Source of the DNA: Candidatus Kuenenia stuttgartensis
GTDB lineage: Bacteria; Planctomycetota; Brocadiia; Brocadiales; Brocadiaceae
Assembly: GCF_900232105.1 (NCBI RefSeq)
Contig: NZ_LT934425.1
Span: 3,210,001-3,242,000 of the forward strand
Direction of reading: 5' to 3'
Length of the DNA stretch: 32,000 nucleotides
A program made the translations under genes and the position numbers. The notes beneath the pieces are model-generated. The model saw only the letters and a program-made list of their open reading frames with translations, searched no databases and was not told the DNA's origin. Shown piece after piece: positions 18,788 through 26,744 of the stretch. Positions within the stretch are counted from its first letter, which is position 1. Each line of letters begins with the position of its first letter.

Positions 18788-21250
18788 ATGCAGGACAAAC
18801 ACACACAAAACAATTGGCCTTTTCATTTCCGCAGGGTCATACAATACATTAGCTTCTCGGCATTCATTTATCTGCTGCTCTTTTTAGATCCTCTAACCGA
18901 AAGAGATGCACCGGCGAACATATTTCTTCGCATGAGGCCCCTTTCTGCTATAGGGGCAATGATGGCGGTAAGGGCGTTTATTTTCAACTACTGGCCTGCA
19001 TTCATTGTCTTATTGCTAACGATACCCTTTGGGCGCTATTTCTGCGCGTGGATTTGCCCTCTGGGAACAACAATAGATATCACAGACCGTTTTTTTGCCA
19101 GTTTTCGAAAACATGCGCAAAGAAGGCTCTATGACGGAAGATGTCTGAAATACTATCTCCTTGCATTTCTTTTATTAAGCCTGCTCCTGGGGCTGCAATG
19201 CGCCGGATGGTTTGATCCCCTCTCCATCGCGACAAGCGTATTTGCAATGAGTATCCATCCTTATATTATCCATCTGGACGATTCCCTTTTTGTTTATTTG
19301 GAACATATTCCTCTTTTGGGTTATTTATTTTCCTTTTTTCATGCCTTTTTCCAGAAAATCCTTTTTGCCTGGCATGCCCCTTTCTTCCGTTCACACGGAA
19401 TCATTTTGTTTGCCTTTGTGATCATCATTGCCTTTGGAATGGTATTGCGGCGCTACTGGTGCAGGAATATTTGTCCGATGGGTGCGCTGTTTGCTCTTTT
19501 CTCCGACTGGTCATTCTTTAAACGGAATGTTTCGTCAACATGCACAAGCTGCGGTTTGTGTGTTGAAAAATGCGGTATGGGTGCAATGGAAAGCGATGGG
19601 AAAAGCACGAAAGAGGGAGAGTGTATTTTGTGTATGACCTGCCGGAAGGTGTGTCCGGAACAGAGTGTCACCTTCAGGAGGTTTCAGCCTTCTTTGCAAA
19701 AACATGCTATCAGCCTTTCCAGGAGGGCATTTGTTGTAAGCGGGATTACCGGCGCGGCAATCGCCCCTTTTTTGAAATTAAACTACCGGAAAAAAATAAA
19801 CAAGGAAACCGTTTCCATAATTCGTCCGCCAGGTGCGGTGAATGAAAAAGAATTTATTGCCCGCTGCATACGGTGCGGGGAGTGTATGAAGGTTTGCAAA
19901 ACGAACGGACTGCATCCTGTGTTATTGGAATATGGCATTGAAGGCATATGGACGCCGCAATTAATACCCCGGATAGGATATTGTGATTATGGATGTGTGC
20001 TGTGCACACGGGTATGTCCGTCAGGGGCTATAAAACCTTTGCCGCTTGAAGAAAAACGGTGGGTCGCGTTAGGAAAGGCCAGAATAGACCATAACAGATG
20101 TATTCCATGGGTGGGCTATTCACGCCTTCCCGAACTGAAGAAGGAATGGCAGGATTTTAATTGCGGTGTATGTGAAGAGGTGTGCCCCGTTCCGACAAAG
20201 GCGATCCATTTTAATACCTATGTGGACGAACAAGGCCGGGAAATTCGCAGGCCTTTTGTAAGAGAAGATGTTTGCGTAGGGTGCGGTTTCTGTGAAAAGG
20301 TCTGCCCCGTTTTAGGGACTTCCGCTATTGTCGTGGAAGGCATCCAGCCGCAAACTACGGTAAAAAAAGAAAGGTCTGTAAAAATAGTATCGTCCGGCAA
20401 CTTTCTCCCCAAAACACTTGGAAAGTGGAAAAGGATTGCAGAGCCGAGGATTTACGAAGGAGGCGAAAAATTATATGAATATATAAATGGAGGCGCGGAG
20501 CTGTATTTAGCGTATTCGTTTATCCGGGTGACGAATGCGGAGTATGGAGATGATACAGGGAAGAGGATTTCCATAGATGTTTGGGAGTTTGAAACTGCGG
20601 AAGACGCATTCGGCGTCTTCACAAAAGACCGTGCGGGTATTGGGATACCATTAGGCAACAGGGCGTCTTTGTTTGAAAATTACTTGTGTGTATGGAATGA
20701 TGTGTATTGCATAAAGGTAGCGCCATGGGAGGGCAGTATTTCTGGCGGAGAAATTACTTCTTTTGGTAAATCCATTATCGATTTAATGCCCTACAAAAAA
20801 GAAATCCTCCCCGATATAGTACGTTATTTGCCGGAGGATTCTCTTGTGAAAGAAAGCCTGAAATTTTTTCACGAAAAGATCATTCTGGATAATATCTATA
20901 TATCCGATAATTTTATTGAAGAAAATGTATTTCATTTAAGCAAACAGACGGACGCCCTTATCGCAGAATACAAAACGAGGGAAGAGACCGCCCCTTTACT
21001 GCTACTGTTGATAAAATATCCAGACCGTGATGCGACATCAATCGCATTTGAAGCGGTGGTTCAGTTGTGGAGGTCATGGGGAGAAAAAGAGACGCACTCA
21101 AATGCCATCCATACCTTTCAAAACGAAAACGGATACTTTACCTCATGGTTGCAGGAAAAACATCTTCTGTCAGCAACATTTCTTTCCCAAAAAAAGGAAG
21201 AGGGTGAAGAATTGCTTCGCCGTGTACTGCAAAATGATAAAATCAAATAA
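18788..21250 (+). CDS. Fused NapH-like / NapG-like polyferredoxin with uncharacterised ~280-aa C-terminal domain
   Basis: Membrane part with two CX3CP motifs (FCAWICPLG, WCRNICPMG) and two ferredoxin motifs (CTSCGLCVEKC, CILCMTCRKVCP). An internal SRRAFVVSGITGAAIA follows. The next segment, IIRPPGAVNEKEF-CIRCGECMKVC, CVLCTRVCPSGAI, CGVCEEVCP and CVGCGFCEKVCP, is colinear with E. coli NapG as I recall it. The tail (from ~20396) carries no motif I recognise. Confidence 0.75.
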   Translation: MQDKHTQNNWPFHFRRVIQYISFSAFIYLLLFLDPLTERDAPANIFLRMRPLSAIGAMMAVRAFIFNYWPAFIVLLLTIPFGRYFCAWICPLGTTIDITDRFFASFRKHAQRRLYDGRCLKYYLLAFLLLSLLLGLQCAGWFDPLSIATSVFAMSIHPYIIHLDDSLFVYLEHIPLLGYLFSFFHAFFQKILFAWHAPFFRSHGIILFAFVIIIAFGMVLRRYWCRNICPMGALFALFSDWSFFKRNVSSTCTSCGLCVEKCGMGAMESDGKSTKEGECILCMTCRKVCPEQSVTFRRFQPSLQKHAISLSRRAFVVSGITGAAIAPFLKLNYRKKINKETVSIIRPPGAVNEKEFIARCIRCGECMKVCKTNGLHPVLLEYGIEGIWTPQLIPRIGYCDYGCVLCTRVCPSGAIKPLPLEEKRWVALGKARIDHNRCIPWVGYSRLPELKKEWQDFNCGVCEEVCPVPTKAIHFNTYVDEQGREIRRPFVREDVCVGCGFCEKVCPVLGTSAIVVEGIQPQTTVKKERSVKIVSSGNFLPKTLGKWKRIAEPRIYEGGEKLYEYINGGAELYLAYSFIRVTNAEYGDDTGKRISIDVWEFETAEDAFGVFTKDRAGIGIPLGNRASLFENYLCVWNDVYCIKVAPWEGSISGGEITSFGKSIIDLMPYKKEILPDIVRYLPEDSLVKESLKFFHEKIILDNIYISDNFIEENVFHLSKQTDALIAEYKTREETAPLLLLLIKYPDRDATSIAFEAVVQLWRSWGEKETHSNAIHTFQNENGYFTSWLQEKHLLSATFLSQKKEEGEELLRRVLQNDKIK

Positions 21251-21261
21251 AGGACTCGAGC

Positions 21262-21390
21262 GGTCGGCAATCTACAATCGGCTTTCAATAGAGGCCAGAG
21301 GTCGGAGGTCAGATGTCCGCGAAAAACTCTGACTTCTGAAATTGGCAATCGGCAAAATTGCAGATTGAGGGTTGCGCCTTGCGCTTTTCC
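21262..21390 (+). repeat. Heptanucleotide tandem array, AATCGGC type (degenerate)
   Basis: ggtcggc aatctac aatcggc tttcaat agaggcc agaggtc ggaggtc agatgtc ... aaattgg caatcgg caaaatt gcagatt. It starts 12 nt after the stop codon. Confidence 0.6.
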
Positions 21391-21423
21391 CCCGGAGCTA
21401 TTTATTTGACGCCGAATTAATTA

Positions 21424-21451
21424 TTGACAAAAAAATGAATGATTTTATAAT
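21424..21451 (+). promoter_or_regulatory. Consensus sigma70-type promoter
   Basis: TTGACA (21424-21429), a 16-nt spacer, then TATAAT (21446-21451). It lies about 265 nt upstream of the amidase start codon. Confidence 0.55.
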
Positions 21452-21493
21452 GTACTTACTAAAACAATAGCTCTTTTTTATAGTAACTATTGA

Positions 21494-21620
21494 TAAAGGC
21501 AAACCAGTCGTGAGGCTGGGACGCAAAGCAAAGAGTCTTTAACTTATTCAGCGGCGCACAAAGCGTAAAACAAAAAATCCGCAGAAGGATGAAGAGAAAA
21601 ATTTCGCGATACCGCTAAAC
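21494..21620 (+). promoter_or_regulatory. Candidate c-di-GMP-I (GEMM-I)-like riboswitch aptamer in the amidase leader
   Basis: 21498-21529 reads GGCAAACC-AGUC-GUGA-GGCU-GGGACGCAAAGC. This reproduces the conserved 5' half of GEMM-I: GCAAACC, a GNRA-capped hairpin and GGGACGCAAAGC. The 3' half (UUCAGCGGCGCAC ... GCGAUACCGCU) fits only loosely. Confidence 0.4.
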
Positions 21621-21628
21621 AGTGAAGA

Positions 21629-21692
21629 AAGCCCTGCTACCGAATAAAAAACTGTATAACGTTTATTTTATTCCGTAGCAGGGCTTTTTTAT
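21629..21692 (+). terminator. Long hairpin plus T-run (intrinsic terminator or expression platform) 24 nt before the amidase ATG
   Basis: aagccctgctaccgaa (21629-21644) pairs with ttccgtagcagggctt (21671-21686) with one mismatch. It is followed by tttttatttatt. Confidence 0.65.
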
Positions 21693-21715
21693 TTATTACT
21701 ATAGTGTGATTTAAA

Positions 21716-22408
21716 ATGAATACAATGAGAAATCGTACATACGAAAAGATTATTCAATATGTGTCGTTAACAATGATTGTTGCGGCAGGAGGTATTATTG
21801 GCGCCTTGCCTCTTATTAGCAGCAGTTCCGCAGAGGTAAGAACGGTGATATCGGAAAGCGATATGCTGAGAGCGGCATTTGCACAAAAAATATCTCAGAT
21901 TTGCGAGATAGATACAATAGATACAAAGGAAAGACCGTGGCAATATATTGTTATACACCATAGCGCTTCAGAGAAAGGAAATGCAACCCGGTTTGATACC
22001 TATCATAGAGAAAAGAAAGGGTGGAAGTATGGATTGGCATATCACTTTGTGATTGGCAATGGAACTCTTTCTGGCGATGGAGAAATAGAGGTAGGAAATC
22101 GCTGGAAGAACCAAATTCATGGCGCTCACACGGCAAATATGGATTGCAACCAGGTGGCGATAGGCATTTGCCTCGTGGGTGATTTTGAAAACGGCGGGAA
22201 ACCTTCTGAGGATCAATTTGATTCGCTGGTTAGGTTGACCCGTTATCTTTCCTCGAAATATGACATCCCTTTATCGAACATCATATTACATAGCCAGGTT
22301 CATCAAAAAGGAACTGCATGCCCCGGTAAAAATTTCCCCATGGCTGAATTTAAGACGAGTTTAATTCAGTTTGCCTCTAACGAAATATCCCCTTCGCGAA
22401 AATCATAA
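21716..22408 (+). CDS. N-acetylmuramoyl-L-alanine amidase (Amidase_2/PGRP fold) with N-terminal membrane anchor
   Basis: YIVIHHSAS, GLAYHFVIGNG and HSQVHQKGTACPG are typical of AmpD/PGRP-type zinc amidases. An N-terminal hydrophobic helix is present. Confidence 0.85.
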   Translation: MNTMRNRTYEKIIQYVSLTMIVAAGGIIGALPLISSSSAEVRTVISESDMLRAAFAQKISQICEIDTIDTKERPWQYIVIHHSASEKGNATRFDTYHREKKGWKYGLAYHFVIGNGTLSGDGEIEVGNRWKNQIHGAHTANMDCNQVAIGICLVGDFENGGKPSEDQFDSLVRLTRYLSSKYDIPLSNIILHSQVHQKGTACPGKNFPMAEFKTSLIQFASNEISPSRKS

Positions 22409-22545
22409 CCACAAAGCACATAAAGTTTAACCACAAAGGGCCTAGCGCGGCCTTTGGCCGCAACCAAAAAGGTGATTTTTAGTTTATTATAAAGTATAGT
22501 AGTATCCTCGTAAATAGTAATCAGACAATTTGGAGGACACTACTT

Positions 22546-24102
22546 ATGAATAAGTTGATGGAATTATATCGAGACAGGATCGTGGGTGCAATAAGCGGTC
22601 TGGACAGGATTCGTTTTCGCGGGACATTGCGGTGGTTGGCCAGTGAGCGTGGGATGGGAACATTCATGAACCAAGCGAGAATTCTGCTTAAGGATTTTTC
22701 CGGTTGGGTCAATGGGCTTACGGCACAGGTGCGAGACAGTTGTGAATCGCGGGCGAAAGATTTGGGTATCGAGGTGCGGTATTTGATGAGCAGCGGTGTT
22801 GATAAGGAGAAGTTGGCTCGCCAGATCGCGGCGGATAAGAGGATTACGGAAGGTTCCATCTGCCTGTTGAGTGTGGTAGAGCCTTGTATTGCGCCGATGG
22901 TCAAGGGCAACAAGGCCAGCAAGAAGCTCGAGTTGGTAATGGCGCCCCGCAAGTGTGTCTTTGTGTATCATTATTTTAATGATCCAGTGTTTGGTTTTGG
23001 TCATGTTCGTATCCAGAGTTGGGCGCCGTTTAATATTTTCATTTGTCTCAATGGTCGTCATTGGCTGGAGCGGCAACTTCAGAAGCAAGGTATTGATTAT
23101 GTTAAGGACGGCAACTGTTTTGTGCGTATAGAGGATATTGCGGCTGCGCAGGTTCTGCTCCATGAGCAGCTTAAGACTGACTGGGCGAAGCTGCTGAACG
23201 GGCTTGCGTTGGGCAGTTGCCCGGCATTGTCGCAGATTCTTCGTCCGTTGGAACCGGAGTATTACTGGTCTGCGGATGAGACGGAGTGGGCGACGGACAT
23301 CATGTTTAAATCGGTTGAGGCATTGGAGGAGTTGTTTCCATCGTTTGTTCATCATGCGATGCGGGTTTGCGACAGTTCTTCGGTGATGAAGTATTTGGGT
23401 AGGCGTAACCTTGCAGGCGCTGCCCCTGATGAGGTTATCAGCGACTATCGAAGACGCTATGAAGGTATACGGGTCAAGCACAGTGTGAATTATAATTCAG
23501 TGAAGATGTATAACAAGAGCGGTAGTCTCTTGCGTATTGAGACAACGATCAATAATACGCGGGACTTTAAGGTCTTTCGGAGTCCCAATGATGATGAAGG
23601 CAAACCGGCGTCATGGCAGAAGATGCGTAAGGGCGTAAGCGATCTTCATCGACGGTGTGAGGTGAGCCAACAATGCAATGATCGTTATGGGGATGCTTTG
23701 GCGGCGGCTCAGGTAGAGGAGAAACTGAAAGAAGTGGTGAGCAGCGCTTGTAACAAGGTTGTCAAAGAGGGCAAGAGGTATCGAGGTTTGAATCCCTGGC
23801 AGCAGGATGATTACCAGATGCTGATGTTCCTGTCCAAAGGCGAAAACGCGATAAATGGATTCCGCAACCATGATTTGCGTAAGTGGCTTTACCGGGAATC
23901 CGAACAATCCGGCAAGGATCAGCAAAAGAAATATTCCGGACGAACGACCCGACGGATAAAGATGCTGCGGGCACACGGTCTAATCCGCAAAGTTCCGAGG
24001 GCCAACCGCTATGTTTTGACGGAGAAAGGCCAGAAGTTCTCTTGTTCACTGATGACCGCTTCAGCCCTTGATATTAAAGCACTTACGGAAATGGCGGCAT
24101 GA
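22546..24102 (+). CDS. 518-aa protein of unknown function on a GC-richer island (C-terminal winged-helix-like segment)
   Basis: GGAGG at 22532-22536. The ORF is uninterrupted. Conserved-looking blocks include GFGHVRIQSWAPFNIFICLNGRHWLERQL, LLRIETTINNTRDF and RIKMLRAHGLIRKVPRANRYVLTEKG. I recall similar unannotated proteins in other phyla but cannot name a family. Confidence 0.8.
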   Translation: MNKLMELYRDRIVGAISGLDRIRFRGTLRWLASERGMGTFMNQARILLKDFSGWVNGLTAQVRDSCESRAKDLGIEVRYLMSSGVDKEKLARQIAADKRITEGSICLLSVVEPCIAPMVKGNKASKKLELVMAPRKCVFVYHYFNDPVFGFGHVRIQSWAPFNIFICLNGRHWLERQLQKQGIDYVKDGNCFVRIEDIAAAQVLLHEQLKTDWAKLLNGLALGSCPALSQILRPLEPEYYWSADETEWATDIMFKSVEALEELFPSFVHHAMRVCDSSSVMKYLGRRNLAGAAPDEVISDYRRRYEGIRVKHSVNYNSVKMYNKSGSLLRIETTINNTRDFKVFRSPNDDEGKPASWQKMRKGVSDLHRRCEVSQQCNDRYGDALAAAQVEEKLKEVVSSACNKVVKEGKRYRGLNPWQQDDYQMLMFLSKGENAINGFRNHDLRKWLYRESEQSGKDQQKKYSGRTTRRIKMLRAHGLIRKVPRANRYVLTEKGQKFSCSLMTASALDIKALTEMAA

Positions 24103-24166
24103 AAAACACGCATAAAAAACAAGAAATTGATGGATAGTAGTACAAAGACTAACCACATAGGACACA

Positions 24167-24514
24167 ATGACTGAAAACGAGCTTTCACATAAAATTATAG
24201 GGATAGCAATAGAAATACATAATGCATTTGGTCTCGGCTTGCTGGAAAGCGCATACAAAGAGTGTATGTATTACAAAATTAGCAAATCAGGACTTTTTGT
24301 AGAAAAAGAAAAACCGATGCCGCTGTTTTTTGAAGAAGTACAATTAGAATGTGGCTACAGGATAGATTTGTTGGTAGAGAATAAATTGGTGCTTGAAATA
24401 AAAAGTGTTGACGCATTAAATAATATTCACCTTGCACAAACCCTCACCTATCTGAAGTTAGGGAATTACAAACTGGGGTTATTTTTGTGGTTAATTTTTT
24501 TTATTAATCAATGA
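24167..24514 (+). CDS. GxxExxY protein (PD-(D/E)XK-like small protein family)
   Basis: GLGLLESAY (GxxExxY), then GYRIDLLVENKLVLEIKS and LAQTLTYLKL. The C-terminus (GLFLWLIFFINQ) looks shorter than, and diverged from, the family ending I remember (GLLINFN...). Confidence 0.8.
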   Translation: MTENELSHKIIGIAIEIHNAFGLGLLESAYKECMYYKISKSGLFVEKEKPMPLFFEEVQLECGYRIDLLVENKLVLEIKSVDALNNIHLAQTLTYLKLGNYKLGLFLWLIFFINQ

Positions 24515-24843
24515 ATAAAAACGCCTTTTTTGTATTAAGCGCCATCGCCTTCCTTATAATAACCATAGTTTTCTACCTAACCATAGACTCCTTACGTATA
24601 CACAAGACACCTATTCGTAATAACCATCTGGAATTTCAAAGACTTTTACATGGTGTTGGTATTGGAGCAACAACGAAACCTGCCTGGTGTTTTATTAATT
24701 TTGACCCGCGAATAGACCCAAGATGTACTTGTATAGAATGGCCAATTCCGGGTGGATACTGTTATTGCCCTGACCATACCGGCACCGTTTCTTTTATCTC
24801 CGATATGATAGAAATGGGGGTGGCGGTGGAAATACTTAAATAG
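24511..24843 (+). CDS. Small membrane-anchored Cys-rich protein, unknown function
   Basis: 4-bp ATGA overlap with the preceding gene. One N-terminal TM helix (FFVLSAIAFLIITIVFYL) is followed by AWCFINFDPRIDPRCTCIEWPIPGGYCYCPDH. Confidence 0.5.
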   Translation: MNKNAFFVLSAIAFLIITIVFYLTIDSLRIHKTPIRNNHLEFQRLLHGVGIGATTKPAWCFINFDPRIDPRCTCIEWPIPGGYCYCPDHTGTVSFISDMIEMGVAVEILK

Positions 24844-24960
24844 CCCCCTAAAAATAAGCAGGAACATTAGTTTTTGAAAAAAACACCGTGAAAAGATACG
24901 TTAATACATTTTTGAAAACTAATGCTTAATGTAAAAGAATAGCGGCAAATGAGCAACAAC

Positions 24961-24998
24961 TTGAGAATTGAACATTGAGAATCGAATATTGAATATTT
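24961..24998 (+). repeat. Heptamer array (ttgagaa/ttgaata type)
   Basis: ttgagaa ttgaaca ttgagaa tcgaata ttgaata tttggcc. Confidence 0.6.
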
Positions 24999-25033
24999 GG
25001 CCCGGTCTTCGGAACTTTCGGAAAAGCATTTTG

Positions 25034-25059
25034 CTTTTTCAAAAGACTAAAGTATTACA
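25034..25059 (+). repeat. 'caaaagactaaagtRttac' module
   Basis: ctttttcaaaagactaaagtattaca. See 16421-16450. Confidence 0.65.
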
Positions 25060-25077
25060 TTAAATGACACTTTCAAA

Positions 25078-25200
25078 GTGTGATTGCACGCAGAAAGGGA
25101 TATTTTGGGTTTATTTTGAATTTTATGCTTTGTTGTTCGGATTTGTTTCGGATTTCGCACTTCGCACTTCGAAATTCGTATTTTTTATTTCTTGTCTGTG
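25078..25200 (+). repeat. ~120-bp intergenic element, copy B
   Basis: It aligns with 9278-9400. Its heptamer block has four units (ggatttc gcacttc gcacttc gaaattc) where copy A has two. Confidence 0.75.
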
Positions 25201-25209
25201 GCGGAATAG

Positions 25210-26439
25210 TTAAGGATTTTTCAGCAATGCATCACGCAACACCTGTATTGTGTGAGTGCAGGAGACTTTTGACCCTTTTGTGGCAAGTATATCCTCAATT
25301 TGCAGACGGCAGCCCGGGCAGCCTGTTGCAACGGCCTCTGCCTTGCTATTTTCAATAGCCTTTGCCTTGTATTCGGCAATCTTCATTGACAGATCGTAGT
25401 GCAACAGATTAAAGACGCCACCACCCCCGCAGCACCGTTCCGGAGTATCCATTTCATGGAAATCGGCGGACAGCTTCAGGATGTTTCTGGGTTGTTTTGA
25501 AATATTTTGTCCCCAGTAAAGATGGCAGGGGTCGTGGTAGGTAATTTTCGTTTTTAGCGGCTTGATAGTGTACGGTAAATATTTTTCAATAAACTCAGAT
25601 ACGTCGTACAGTTTCTTTGCAAAAATCTGGCAAGGGTCGTTCAATGTGCGTGAATAATCTTTCCGTAATGCCCTGCCGCAGGTGGCGCATGCGGTGACAA
25701 TATAATCCAGATTTTCACTTTCAAATACACGGCTATTTATCTCTGCAAGTTTACGTGCTGTCCTGAAGTCTCCCAACGAATTCGCTGGAATACCGCAGCA
25801 CAACTGTTCTTCTGGTACAATTACTTCCACGCCAAGGTGGGTAAGTGTCTCAACAACCGCATCGGCGATGTCCGGATAAACATAATTGGTGAGGCATCCT
25901 ACAAAAAACCCAACCCGCATTTTTGCAGTGTTTGTTTTTGTCCGGGAAGAATGCCATTTGTCCAACGCGGGTTTCTTTGCCAATGGAGGAATCCATCTTC
26001 CTCCCATAAGTGCAAAGGGGAGGTGTCTCATGGCGCCACGTTGTTTTAACGGTATGATACGCTGAAAAATACTTGCGGTTTTTAAGAAAAAATTAAAAAG
26101 CCACCTGCGGGTTAAAACGACCCTGAAAATAATACGGGGAATAAACCATATCCCAATGTGATTTGCCAGGTCATTCAGCATCGTTTGTATGATTAAATCG
26201 TAATCAACATTTGAAGGGCAGATACTGGAACACCGAAAGCATTTTTTGCATGATAGCAAATAATCTCTTAACCGTTCCGTATAAAAAATCTCACCATTCC
26301 TGATTGCCTCAGCAAGACTGATGCGCCCCCGCGCAACCATTGATTCCTCTCCGGTTTCTAAAAAAACCGGGCATATGGAGCGGCATTTCCCGCATTTCGC
26401 ACATTTGTCAATTTCAGTTTTGAAGGCGTTATTATCCAT
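25210..26439 (-). CDS. GlcF/GlpC-family Fe-S oxidoreductase (2x4Fe-4S plus two CCG domains)
   Basis: N-terminal CAKCGKCRSICP and CKKCFRCSSICP, followed by two Cys-rich CCG-type halves (GCLTNY..LCCG, HDPCHL..RCCGGGG). No glcD or glcE lies adjacent. Confidence 0.8.
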   Translation of the reverse strand: MDNNAFKTEIDKCAKCGKCRSICPVFLETGEESMVARGRISLAEAIRNGEIFYTERLRDYLLSCKKCFRCSSICPSNVDYDLIIQTMLNDLANHIGIWFIPRIIFRVVLTRRWLFNFFLKTASIFQRIIPLKQRGAMRHLPFALMGGRWIPPLAKKPALDKWHSSRTKTNTAKMRVGFFVGCLTNYVYPDIADAVVETLTHLGVEVIVPEEQLCCGIPANSLGDFRTARKLAEINSRVFESENLDYIVTACATCGRALRKDYSRTLNDPCQIFAKKLYDVSEFIEKYLPYTIKPLKTKITYHDPCHLYWGQNISKQPRNILKLSADFHEMDTPERCCGGGGVFNLLHYDLSMKIAEYKAKAIENSKAEAVATGCPGCRLQIEDILATKGSKVSCTHTIQVLRDALLKNP

Positions 26440-26744
26440 GGTTATTCAAAAAAAGGGAAAAACGCTTGTACCGCCTCCCCTTTTGCAGACCCTGTTGTAT
26501 TAAAAACAATACGATGCTGTTGCAAATAGTATAAATCATAATTGTTTATAAGCAATCAATTATAAAAAACAGGCATTAGTACTACTGCGACATTTTATTC
26601 TTACACCGCAAACACAGTATAGGTAAATTATTTAATATCTATAAATTTTTGTAGAATTCTGTAAAAATCATGTTAAACTGGCACTTGTCGTAGGAAAACA
26701 CATTTTATTATCTAAACATTTCTTAAACAGAGAGGAGGCTATTT

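Noticed and set aside
22447-22461. gcggcc-ttt-ggccgc hairpin after the amidase gene as an intrinsic terminator
   Set aside because: The stem is short and the loop is 3 nt, and it is followed by aaccaaaaagg rather than a T-run. More likely it is a REP-like palindrome at the island boundary.
22564-23481. 305-aa ORF antisense to the 518-aa gene
   Set aside because: Long antisense ORFs are expected in GC-richer DNA. The sense ORF spans the whole island, has a GGAGG RBS and has conserved-looking blocks. The antisense product is Arg/Leu/Thr/Gln-rich and featureless.
24866-24925. Imperfect inverted repeat cattagtttttgaaaaa / tttttgaaaactaatg as a terminator or mobile-element end
   Set aside because: The arms are AT-rich and imperfect, with a ~27-nt loop. 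No matching copy exists elsewhere in the window, so the evidence is insufficient.
26679-26695. Sigma54 promoter (TGGCAC) upstream of the first FocA gene, and similar TGGC sites at 9403, 13051 and 2725
   Set aside because: None has the required GG-N10-GC spacing with a TTGC -12 element. The target promoters of the NtrC-like regulator are therefore not identifiable in this window by eye.
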